From the NCBI RefSeq assembly GCF_000018105.1, contig NC_009925.1:5340001-5372000 (forward strand): a DNA stretch of 32,000 nucleotides, written 5' to 3'. This stretch comes from Acaryochloris marina MBIC11017. GTDB lineage: Bacteria > Cyanobacteriota > Cyanobacteriia > Thermosynechococcales > Thermosynechococcaceae. Each line of letters begins with the position of its first letter. The stretch's first letter is position 1. The translations under genes and the position numbers were made by a program. This document shows positions 24,089-32,000 of the stretch, piece by piece. The notes under the pieces were generated by a model, which made no database searches, was not told the origin of the DNA, and saw only the letters and a list, made by a program, of their open reading frames with translations.

Positions 24089-25369
24089 GTGATTCCTCCA
24101 GAGTTCTTGAGTGACTTAGCCACTCAACAGGGTGTATCCAAATCTGAATTAGCGGCTCTCAAACTTGGACTAGCCGGGTATTCCACCGCTGATATTGGCG
24201 AACAGCTTGGAATTAGTGGGGATGCAGCCCGCAAACGCCTCAGTGAGGTCTATCAGAAATTTGGGATTGCTGGCCGAGGTCCCGTTAAACTCACAAAGCT
24301 GCAGCAACTCCTGGTGACGCGTTACCAAGAAGCCCTTGAAAAGGGAACGGCTGTAAAAGCTGCCGAGCTAGAGCAGGTAGATTGGGGCAATGCCCCCGAT
24401 GTATCCGTGTTTTATGGGCGTACTGCAGAGTTAGAACAACTAGAGCGATGGATTATCCAAGATCGGTATCGCTTACTGGCGCTTTATGGGATTTCTGGGA
24501 TTGGCAAAACCACCCTTTCGGTTAAGTTAACTCAACGACTGCAACCTCACTTTGAGAAAATTTTTTGGCGGTCGCTGTACTATGCGCCACTCCTGCAAGA
24601 TTTACTGATTGAGCTGACGACCTTTCTCCACGGTTCACCATTAGACCCTGCTCTGGCGACGGTATCTGAGCAAATGGATTGGGTGATGGATTACCTCCAA
24701 CATCATCGGTGTCTGCTCGTCTTAAATGGCTTAGAATCCTTTAGCCGTAAGGGAGACTTGGCGGGGAGTTACCAACCGAATTACGAAAACTACAGTCAAT
24801 GGATTCATCTAGTGGGAACGGTGCCCCATCAAAGCTGTGTGGTGACGACGAGCCAGGAGAAACTCGGTGAGGTCGCCTATCTAGAGGGCCAAACCTTACC
24901 AGTCGGTTCTTTTAAGTTGCGGGGGTTGGAATTGGAGCAAGCGAAAGCGATTCTCCAAAACAAGGGACTGACGGGAGAAGATAAATGGCAATATCTAGTG
25001 GATGGGTATCGGGGCAATCCGATGATGCTGAAGCTGGTCGCCGAAACCATCAAGGAAGTCTTTGGTGGCAATGTCGGTGACTTCTTAGATACCAGCTTGT
25101 TTACCAGAGATATTCACAATTTTATCGAGCGAATTTTTGACCGGGTTTCAGATTTAGAACGACAAATTTTATATATCCTCGCGGAGCAAAATGACGGGTT
25201 AAGTTTTAAGCAACTGCAAACCCAACTCTCCAGTATCAATGCTCAAGACCTAATGAGTGCCCTTTCCTCCCTTCGTCAGCGGTCTCTGATTGAACATGTG
25301 GATCAGGGGTTTATCCTGCCGCCAGTGATCAAAGAGGTCACCCAACAAATTATGGTGTCTGAAGCCTAA
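24089..25369 (+). CDS. STAND NTPase: N-terminal LuxR/GerE-type HTH plus NB-ARC-like P-loop NTPase plus winged helix, no repeat sensor domain
   Basis: GTG start. HTH is ELAALKLGLAGYSTADIGEQLGISGDAARKRLSEVYQKFGI and Walker A is GISGIGKTT (24488-24514). The Walker B region is CLLVLNGLE. A GNPMMLK (GxP-like) motif is present. The protein ends after a WH-like segment. Confidence 0.85.
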   Translation: MIPPEFLSDLATQQGVSKSELAALKLGLAGYSTADIGEQLGISGDAARKRLSEVYQKFGIAGRGPVKLTKLQQLLVTRYQEALEKGTAVKAAELEQVDWGNAPDVSVFYGRTAELEQLERWIIQDRYRLLALYGISGIGKTTLSVKLTQRLQPHFEKIFWRSLYYAPLLQDLLIELTTFLHGSPLDPALATVSEQMDWVMDYLQHHRCLLVLNGLESFSRKGDLAGSYQPNYENYSQWIHLVGTVPHQSCVVTTSQEKLGEVAYLEGQTLPVGSFKLRGLELEQAKAILQNKGLTGEDKWQYLVDGYRGNPMMLKLVAETIKEVFGGNVGDFLDTSLFTRDIHNFIERIFDRVSDLERQILYILAEQNDGLSFKQLQTQLSSINAQDLMSALSSLRQRSLIEHVDQGFILPPVIKEVTQQIMVSEA

Positions 25370-25376
25370 TCGATAG

Positions 25377-26513
25377 ATGGTGTATTGTCCCAATCCTAAG
25401 TGTAAACAGCGGCAAAATCCTGCAACGGCGGAGATCTGTCAAAGTTGCGAAACACCATTAATTCTTAACCAGAACTATCGTCTGATTCGGCCCTTAGTGA
25501 ACCTTGAGCGATCGGGCAACACTGAAGTGTTTGAAATTGAGGATCTGCGCTCATCGGATTCAGCGCCGAAAGTGCTGAAGCTTCTCAAGTACAATGGCGG
25601 CGATCTAGAGCGGTTGTTTAAACAAGAGGCAATCTATTTACAGAGCCTGGACCATCCTGCAATTCCCAAAATTGATCCTCAAGACCGTGCAGGCGATGGC
25701 TATTTTTCAGTTGTGGAGCCAGCCACTCGTCGAGAAATCCATTATTTCGTGATGGAAAAGGTCGAAGGGAAGAATCTACGAGACTGGCTACAGGAGCAAG
25801 CGCCGATTGATAGTGCCACTCTTCTGAAGTGGCTTCGGGAATTACTGACTATTTTGGACTATCTGCATGCCCAAAATATTTGGCATCGAGATATTAAACC
25901 TTCCAATATCATGTTGCGACCGGACGGACAGTTGGTTCTGATTGACTTTGGCGCAGTCAAACAAGTTCGGCCTCACCCAGAAGAGGCTGGAGATATTCCC
26001 CCTCGACCGGATATAACGGTTACTGATACCTGTGTGTTTGCGGCGGGATATACCCCCCCAGAACAAATGGATGGGAGAACGGTTCAGCAGTCTGATTTTT
26101 TCGCTTTGGGGCGTAGCTGTGTGCATTTACTCACCCAAATTCCGCCCTACAATCTGCGGGTCGATGATGGTGGTCAATTAGTCTGGCGAGAGAAAGTCCC
26201 TGATGTTTCGGTGGTGCTTGCTGATTGGATTGATCAACTGATGTCTCCGTTGGTTCGAGACCGTCCTCAAACTGCAGCTGAGGTCTTGAAACACATTCAA
26301 CCAGACAACCTTGTTTCCCCTCCCCAGGCCCAAAATTTATCTGAAGGAGAGATTTCACAAAGTTCTTTCCCTTGGGGCTCCTTGCTGAACCTTATTCTGT
26401 TCTCCATCCTGCTCATTAGTGGCCTGTTGTGGTGGCAAGCCCATGAGAATAGTCAACCAGCTGAGGAGACAAATCAACAGGTGCAGCATCATCTTCCATC
26501 CCTGAGACTATGA
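25377..26513 (+). CDS. Ser/Thr protein kinase with N-terminal 4-Cys zinc-ribbon prefix and C-terminal TM anchor
   Basis: N-terminus is MVYCPNPKCKQRQNPATAEICQSCETPL. Kinase motifs are WHRDIKPSNIML, LIDFGAVK and GYTPPEQ. The TM helix is WGSLLNLILFSILLISGLLWW. The gene starts 7 nt after the STAND stop codon. Confidence 0.9.
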   Translation: MVYCPNPKCKQRQNPATAEICQSCETPLILNQNYRLIRPLVNLERSGNTEVFEIEDLRSSDSAPKVLKLLKYNGGDLERLFKQEAIYLQSLDHPAIPKIDPQDRAGDGYFSVVEPATRREIHYFVMEKVEGKNLRDWLQEQAPIDSATLLKWLRELLTILDYLHAQNIWHRDIKPSNIMLRPDGQLVLIDFGAVKQVRPHPEEAGDIPPRPDITVTDTCVFAAGYTPPEQMDGRTVQQSDFFALGRSCVHLLTQIPPYNLRVDDGGQLVWREKVPDVSVVLADWIDQLMSPLVRDRPQTAAEVLKHIQPDNLVSPPQAQNLSEGEISQSSFPWGSLLNLILFSILLISGLLWWQAHENSQPAEETNQQVQHHLPSLRL

Positions 26514-27740
26514 AGGGGGATTCAGTAGCTGGTCGGTTTCTGATGTTGCTTTTTCCATGATTTCTTCGACAGCCTGATCAGAGGTGTCAGGATTAAGAGC
26601 TTGACTAAGAGCCGTTTGTAAGATTTCTGAGGCTTGATCATATTCTGGAATGCGAGGTCGATAAATGACCTTGGTGATCGCCTCCTGGACCTCAGGGGAT
26701 CCTTGTTTGAGCACGGCTTTATGACTGGGAATAAATTGAGTGGCTTGGGTAAATTGGCGCTGGGATTTCTCACTGGTGAAAAATCGAATGGCTCGCCAGG
26801 CTTGATCAGAATGCTGTGTTTTTTTGGCAATCCCTAACCCCCAACTGCCATTGCAAGGGCCACCTGAATGCCCCTGGACCTGTAGTTGCATCGGCACTGA
26901 TTTAACCATCTTGTCTTTAGCCAGAAACAACTTTGCCCTGGGCCAATGTCGCAGAAACATGCTTTTCCCGGTCCTAAATTGAGCGAGGGATTCTGCTTCG
27001 CTATAGGTAAGAACGCTGGTGGGAGACACTTTGCTGGTTAAGGTGTTGCGTAGAAACTGAACGGCCTGAATAGCCTCGGGTTGATCAAGCCCAACCTGGC
27101 GCGTTTCTTCATCAATCCAATAACCCCCATGTCCTGCCAGTATTTCGACAAAGGTGGCAATTTTGCCTTCGTACTGATCGCCTTGCCAGAGAAAGCCCCA
27201 TTCCACTAGCTGCTTTTGTTTGAGGGTTTGGGAGATTTTCATTAAGTCCGTAAAGGTCTGGGGCGGTTTCTGGTAGCCAGCCTGGGCGAGTAAATCAGAG
27301 CGGTAATAGAGCATGCCCATATCGGAACGCAAGGGGATGCGATAGGACTTGCCGAAATATTCTCCATCCTTGACGGCTTGGGGAGTGAATTGAGATCGCA
27401 TCTCTGTATCAAACCGCCCCGACAGATCTTGAAGACAGCCTCGAACCGCAAATTCAGGCACCCAAATCACATCGATATACACCAAGTCGGGAGACCCTTG
27501 GGGCAAACAGGAGCCTTCCTTGAGCTGCTTGGATAAAAAGCCACCTAAGTTCTTCGTGGTGATCAGACTAATTTTGGTTTTGGGATGTTTGGCCTCAAAT
27601 TTTTGGATTAAGGGTTTCCACGCTTGCGCTTCATCCTCTGGTACAAGCAGGGTCAGGACAACTGGCGGCCAGGTGAAATAGAGCAGCCCGAGTGCCAGCA
27701 CTTGTACTGCTGCAATTCCCAACCAAAAACGCTTTGCCAT
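26508..27740 (-). CDS. ABC-transporter-type extracellular solute-binding protein (family 1-like), no cognate permease or ATPase nearby
   Basis: 410-aa ORF with an N-terminal signal anchor and SBP-like segments (VIWVPEF, MLYYRSDLL, GGYWIDEE). Its 3' end overlaps the kinase 3' end by 6 bp. Confidence 0.8.
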   Translation of the reverse strand: MAKRFWLGIAAVQVLALGLLYFTWPPVVLTLLVPEDEAQAWKPLIQKFEAKHPKTKISLITTKNLGGFLSKQLKEGSCLPQGSPDLVYIDVIWVPEFAVRGCLQDLSGRFDTEMRSQFTPQAVKDGEYFGKSYRIPLRSDMGMLYYRSDLLAQAGYQKPPQTFTDLMKISQTLKQKQLVEWGFLWQGDQYEGKIATFVEILAGHGGYWIDEETRQVGLDQPEAIQAVQFLRNTLTSKVSPTSVLTYSEAESLAQFRTGKSMFLRHWPRAKLFLAKDKMVKSVPMQLQVQGHSGGPCNGSWGLGIAKKTQHSDQAWRAIRFFTSEKSQRQFTQATQFIPSHKAVLKQGSPEVQEAITKVIYRPRIPEYDQASEILQTALSQALNPDTSDQAVEEIMEKATSETDQLLNPPS

Positions 27741-27937
27741 TAACCGTACTGCTCAGTGATGGAAACCAGGTGAAAAGATAGGATTTCAGCCTATAGTCAG
27801 GATCTCATGATTTAGACTCACTCCTGGTCTGGTTGACGCTGTGGACTTAGGGCAAGGTTAACCGAGGAATTATCTACTGTTTACCTTCTAAATTTAGGCT
27901 TTGGATGCATGTGCAAATTTGAGGAGTGTAACCATCA

Positions 27938-29104
27938 ATGAGTACCCTGGCAGACCAAAGACCAGAGGTTGATCAACCGAGCCAAAAGGGAAATCCAATT
28001 TGGCAATGGATAGGGGTTGTCTTATTGGTTTATTTATTAATTGCCGCTGTCGGTATGATCGGATCTGGCTTTAAGTCAGCCACGGGGGACCAAGCGGAAG
28101 AACTGTTTGCCTTTGCCACAAACCCCTTTATGGGTTTGATTGTGGGAACCGTGGCAACCGCTCTGATTCAGTCTTCAAGTACCGTGACCTCAATTATTGT
28201 CGGCTTAGTAGCTGGAGGATTACCTGTTGCTACGGCAGTACCGATGGTCATGGGAGCGAATATTGGCACCACGATTACCAATACGCTAGTGAGCTTAGGC
28301 CATGTGGGCAACAAAGATGAATTTAAACGAGCCTTTGCGGCTGCTACGGTACATGACTTTTTTAATCTCCTGAGTGTCGTTATTTTTCTGCCTGTAGAAA
28401 TCTTTTTTCACCCTCTAGAAAGAATGGGGCTATTCTTTGCCAATCTAATGGTGGGGAGCAGCTCGGTCAGTATGAAGGATATGAATGTGGTGAAAGCTGC
28501 CACGAAGCCAGTTGTAGAAGTTGCTAAAAGTGGGACTAAGATCCTGCCTGCCCCTTTTGACGGTGTTGCCCTGATTATTGTGGGGATTGTGCTGATTTTC
28601 TTGACCATTGGTTTCGTGGGCAAGCTACTCAAAGTACTGATGGTGGGTCGAGCTAAGGATATCTTGCATGTGGCCATTGGCCGGGGACCGATTGCTGGGA
28701 TTGCGGCGGGCACCCTGATTACAATTCTGGTCCAGTCTTCTTCCACGACGACGAGCTTAATGGTGCCTCTGGCTGGATCCGGGGTGTTTGGCCTGTCGCA
28801 GATATATCCCTTCACCTTGGGTGCGAATATTGGCACCTGCATTACCGCCTTATTAGCCGCCACTTCCGTTTCGGGGGCTGAAGCAGTACCAGCCTTGGAA
28901 ATTGCCATGGTGCATATGCTCTACAACTTCTTAGGCGTGGTTGTCATCTATGGCATTCCCTTCCTCTGCCGCTTACCCATTCAAGGAGCCGAGACCCTTG
29001 CCGTTGTGGCCAGTGAGAAAAAGTCCATTGCGTTTGCCTATATCGTCGGCGTGTTTTTTGTCGTCCCGGCGGTTTGTTTAGGCGTCACCTCAGTGGTTGG
29101 CTAG
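27938..29104 (+). CDS. Na+/phosphate cotransporter family protein (Na_Pi_cotrans, NptA/YjbB-like)
   Basis: Duplicated signature: QSSSTVTSIIVGLVAGG...GANIGTTITN and QSSSTTTSLMVPLAGSG...GANIGTCITA. The protein is polytopic. Confidence 0.9.
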   Translation: MSTLADQRPEVDQPSQKGNPIWQWIGVVLLVYLLIAAVGMIGSGFKSATGDQAEELFAFATNPFMGLIVGTVATALIQSSSTVTSIIVGLVAGGLPVATAVPMVMGANIGTTITNTLVSLGHVGNKDEFKRAFAAATVHDFFNLLSVVIFLPVEIFFHPLERMGLFFANLMVGSSSVSMKDMNVVKAATKPVVEVAKSGTKILPAPFDGVALIIVGIVLIFLTIGFVGKLLKVLMVGRAKDILHVAIGRGPIAGIAAGTLITILVQSSSTTTSLMVPLAGSGVFGLSQIYPFTLGANIGTCITALLAATSVSGAEAVPALEIAMVHMLYNFLGVVVIYGIPFLCRLPIQGAETLAVVASEKKSIAFAYIVGVFFVVPAVCLGVTSVVG

Positions 29105-29140
29105 GACTACCCACAGCCTGTTGTTAGGAGAAGTAAAAAA

Positions 29141-29413
29141 ATGAGTGACAAATTGGCCTATATCCAACGAATTGAGACCCAAATCAGTGATGTCAAAGCG
29201 ACTTTAGCGCAGTTGAAATCGGATCGCGATCGCATCTTAGAACAGGCCCAACATGAAGAGATTGAACAGTTAGAGCAACATCTCGCCGATGCCCAGCTAA
29301 AGCTCACTGATATTGCCAATGCGGCAGATGAAGCTTGGCAAGAAATTACCCAGGCCATCGATGAAGCGATTAAGGGCTTGCAAACCAGAGTACAAAATCT
29401 GCTGAATCGCTAG
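29141..29413 (+). CDS. hypothetical coiled-coil protein (90 aa)
   Basis: ORF with heptad-like, Glu/Gln/Leu-rich sequence and GGAG upstream (aggagaagtaaaaaaATG). Confidence 0.55.
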   Translation: MSDKLAYIQRIETQISDVKATLAQLKSDRDRILEQAQHEEIEQLEQHLADAQLKLTDIANAADEAWQEITQAIDEAIKGLQTRVQNLLNR

Positions 29414-29748
29414 CGTAAGTTCCAGGCCCAGTAAACACTGGTCACCTTTAATCCGCGAGCAGTTTCTAGGGCTATGACCCGCAAACCTCTAAGCTTGTCG
29501 ACAAACCTTTGGTAGGGGGTGTTTCTCAGGGTTTTATCTAAGATCGTGTAGGTTTTTGCGTGGCTGTGATATTCCTGCTTGCCGTATAGGAGCGCCAGTT
29601 CGATCATATCGGTGGAAATGGCCCGCTGCTGCATGCGCCGCTTTGTATGGCTAGGGTCGCTAACGGAACCGGATAGGAAAAACTCAGGTAATGTTTCGAG
29701 GCGAGAATCGTCTGTTAACAGTTGATGCAGTTCATGGGCGAGCTTCAT
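29410..29748 (-). CDS. DUF4258-like (toxin-like) protein
   Basis: PSHTKRRMQQRAISTDMIELALLYG fits the DUF4258 pattern H-x2-R-x3-R-x-I. The call is from memory and is tentative. Confidence 0.6.
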   Translation of the reverse strand: MKLAHELHQLLTDDSRLETLPEFFLSGSVSDPSHTKRRMQQRAISTDMIELALLYGKQEYHSHAKTYTILDKTLRNTPYQRFVDKLRGLRVIALETARGLKVTSVYWAWNLR

Positions 29749-30014
29749 AACGTTGACCTAAGTGCAGCTAAATGTAGCTTAAATCTAGGCCCATGAGAGA
29801 AAAACGATTAAATTACGGAACTATTGGGACTGCCGTTCTATCCACTTACGCAATAGTACTGATTTAAGAAGGTACACAAAATACTGGGGGAACAGCGAAG
29901 TAATTGAGCCTGGATTCATTCCTATGGTGCCATAGCTAACCTTTGCTAGGTTAAGCCTGTTCATAGAACTCTATGATTATTAAATGGGTTGTCACCTCAG
30001 TTTATGAGCAAATT

Positions 30015-30036
30015 CGGCAGCACCTTAACGCTGCCG
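30015..30036 (-). terminator. weak candidate terminator hairpin downstream of the hybrid kinase
   Basis: A 7-bp stem (CGGCAGC with GCTGCCG) and an 8-nt loop lie about 57 nt after the stop at 30093. Only a short AATTT follows on the minus strand. Confidence 0.3.
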
Positions 30037-30092
30037 CCAGATAGGGAATAGGATCTGAAACAAAGCCTATGGTCCCTAAGCTGAGCTAGCTT

Positions 30093-32000
30093 CTAACTCA
30101 GCACCGGTGATTGCGACAGTAAATAACGTTCTAAAGCTGCTTTCAGTTCTTCACTCCGAATGGGTTTACTCACATAATCTTGCATGCCAGCCTCAAGGCA
30201 TTTCTCTCGATCCCCCTGCATGGCATTAGCGGTCAAAGCAATGATGTAGGGCCGAGCTTCAGGGGACCAAGTTTCTTGAATGGCTCGGGATGCTGTCAGG
30301 CCATCCATTTCAGGCATTTGCAAATCCATTAGCACTACATCATAGGGTTGGCGATGGAGAGCTTCTAAAACTTCCTTGCCGTTGTTGGCCACATCTGCCT
30401 CATATCCCAACTGTTTCAGAATAAGCAATGCAACTTTTTGGTTCACCACTACATCTTCCGCTAACAAAAGGTGCAACGTTTTTGAGTTAGTACTGGGTTG
30501 AGGGCAATCAAACTCAGAATTTTGCGTATTTTCGGATTGCCTGGTTACTGCTCGGACCAATATGGCACTTAGCTGTGCTTCTTGAATGGGTTTATTTAAG
30601 ATGGCATAAAAAAGACTTTTATCCATCGGAGTTGAAATAGCCTCAACGCCCAAAGAACTGAGCATGACCAGAGGCAAGTCTTTGTATTTTTGTAAGCCAT
30701 GGATCCTCCTGGCTAAGGTTAAGCCATCCATCTCTGGCATTTGCATATCGACCACGGCTAAATCAAAGCTAGATCTTCCTCGCAGGAGTTCAAGGGCTGC
30801 CGGTCCACTGGGGGCTGCTTGGGAATACATTCCCCAAATATTTGCAAATTTGGTTAGAATTTTTCGATTCGTCAGATTGTCGTCAACGATCAGGAGTCGT
30901 TGGCCTTTCAACGGTGCCAAATCATGAATCGGGGCACAATCGAAAGTGTCAGCTATTGGAGCTGCAATCGTAAAAGTGAAGGTGGAACCTATTCCAATTT
31001 CACTATCCACCCAGATCTTTCCACCCATCAATTCACACAGCCGCTTACTAATAGCTAAGCCCAACCCCGTACCGCCATATTTGCGGGTCGTGGAGGAATC
31101 GACTTGGCTAAAGGATTGAAACAATCGATTCAAGCGATCTTCGGGAATACCAATCCCTGTATCTTTCACCGCAAATTGGAATAATCGTCGAGGAGACTGG
31201 CCCTCGCTACCAGACCCCTCCCTATCCTGTATCTCTGCGGTTACTTCTTTGACATAGACGATGACTTCACCATTGTCCGTAAACTTCACCCCATTCGTAA
31301 GTAAATTAACGAGTACCTGGCGTAGACGGGTGACGTCTCCTACGATGCCGCAGGGTAAATCTGGATCAGCAAGATAAGCAATTTCTAAGCCTTTTTTGAA
31401 GGCTCTTGGGGCGACTAATTTCAGGGCTTCTTCAATGCAGGATTTGAGGTTAAACGGTTGTTCTTCAACTTCGAGTTTTCCAGCTTCGATTTTAGAGAAA
31501 TCTAGAATATCGTTGATCAGGCAGAGAAGTGCATCCCCACTACTGCGGATGGTATCAACAAAATCCTGTTGTTGAGCATCGAGGGATGTATGGGTCAGTA
31601 ACCCAGTCATTCCGATCACCGCATTCATTGGAGTTCTCAGTTCATGACTCATATTGGCGAGGAATTCGCTTTTCACCTGACTGGCTGCATCGGCGCGGTC
31701 TTTAGCTGTTTGTAATTCTGCATTGACGTTACGCAGTTTTGCATCAGCCTGTTGGCGTGCCGTTACGTCCTGATAAACCCCAAGGATGCCCATAATAGTT
31801 CCATCCGCCTGATGAAGGGGAACTTTAATCGTTTCCAGCCAAGTATCCGGGTTATGGCGCTTTAATAATGCAGTTTCAATCTCTCCAGTCGTGAGAATTC
31901 GCTGTTCGCTGGCCTGGAATGCTGCTAATTCTGGTGGAGCCCATGGGAGATCAGCATCCGTTTTACCAACGACTTGTTCAGGTTGGCTTAAGCCAACATA
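30093..32000 (-). CDS. hybrid sensor histidine kinase/response regulator (PAS, HisKA, HATPase_c, two REC domains), 5' end outside window
   Basis: H-box is [14 protein letters not shown], with HATPase motifs DTGIGIP and [10 protein letters not shown]. The two receiver domains are marked by [10 protein letters not shown]...[10 protein letters not shown] and [10 protein letters not shown]...[10 protein letters not shown]...KP. The frame stays open upstream of the listed Met to position 32000, where it reads as a PAS-like sequence. Confidence 0.9.
   Translation of the reverse strand, partial: YVGLSQPEQVVGKTDADLPWAPPELAAFQASEQRILTTGEIETALLKRHNPDTWLETIKVPLHQADGTIMGILGVYQDVTARQQADAKLRNVNAELQTAKDRADAASQVKSEFLANMSHELRTPMNAVIGMTGLLTHTSLDAQQQDFVDTIRSSGDALLCLINDILDFSKIEAGKLEVEEQPFNLKSCIEEALKLVAPRAFKKGLEIAYLADPDLPCGIVGDVTRLRQVLVNLLTNGVKFTDNGEVIVYVKEVTAEIQDREGSGSEGQSPRRLFQFAVKDTGIGIPEDRLNRLFQSFSQVDSSTTRKYGGTGLGLAISKRLCELMGGKIWVDSEIGIGSTFTFTIAAPIADTFDCAPIHDLAPLKGQRLLIVDDNLTNRKILTKFANIWGMYSQAAPSGPAALELLRGRSSFDLAVVDMQMPEMDGLTLARRIHGLQKYKDLPLVMLSSLGVEAISTPMDKSLFYAILNKPIQEAQLSAILVRAVTRQSENTQNSEFDCPQPSTNSKTLHLLLAEDVVVNQKVALLILKQLGYEADVANNGKEVLEALHRQPYDVVLMDLQMPEMDGLTASRAIQETWSPEARPYIIALTANAMQGDREKCLEAGMQDYVSKPIRSEELKAALERYLLSQSPVLS

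Noticed and set aside
15760-29233. HIP1 palindromes GCGATCGC at 15760-15767, 23411-23418 and 29226-29233.
   Set aside because: I used them only as a weak taxonomic hint for cyanobacteria. Three copies in 32 kb is too few to treat as a local feature.
1-32000. A scan for CRISPR arrays, tRNA or rRNA genes, retron-like or other structured RNA loci.
   Set aside because: I found no regularly spaced direct repeats, no cloverleaf-like segments and no rRNA-like conserved stretches by eye. Absence cannot be proven without tRNAscan, Infernal or CRISPR finders.

Overview
The window is an accessory region with many insertion sequences. It is most consistent with a cyanobacterium: three HIP1 GCGATCGC palindromes, a 4-Cys-prefix Ser/Thr kinase, an HTH-NB-ARC protein and a PAS hybrid histidine kinase. 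All family calls come from motifs read by eye, because no searches could be run.

Gene content, left to right:
- Two small hypothetical genes.
- An IS630 copy.
- A plus-strand operon with two tandem MoxR AAA+ ATPases, a DUF58 (vWA-like) protein and a large membrane transglutaminase (2709-8734).
- An IS4 element with a clean 12-bp target duplication.
- A pile-up of four layered IS elements (10828-15058).
- A minus-strand membrane cluster (15079-22841). It holds an SPFH/prohibitin protein, LemA, a tandem array of TPM-domain genes (one intact, one internal fragment, one split by a second IS630) and two small paralogous secreted/TM proteins. The TPM proteins carry a Cys-rich cytosolic module, and several members of the cluster end in a Gly-rich tail with a terminal Trp.
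- A decayed GT4 glycosyltransferase.
- An intergenic region with a 9-mer inverted-repeat motif present four times.
- A sensor-less LuxR-HTH/NB-ARC STAND NTPase closely followed (7-nt gap) by a zinc-ribbon, membrane-anchored Ser/Thr kinase.
- An orphan solute-binding protein, a Na/Pi cotransporter, a coiled-coil protein, a DUF4258 toxin-like gene and a partial PAS hybrid histidine kinase/response regulator.

About a quarter of the window is IS DNA. I saw no rRNA, tRNA or CRISPR array.

The best candidates for an undescribed system are the STAND-kinase pair with its repeated operator-like motif, and the LemA/SPFH/TPM-Zn-ribbon cluster.
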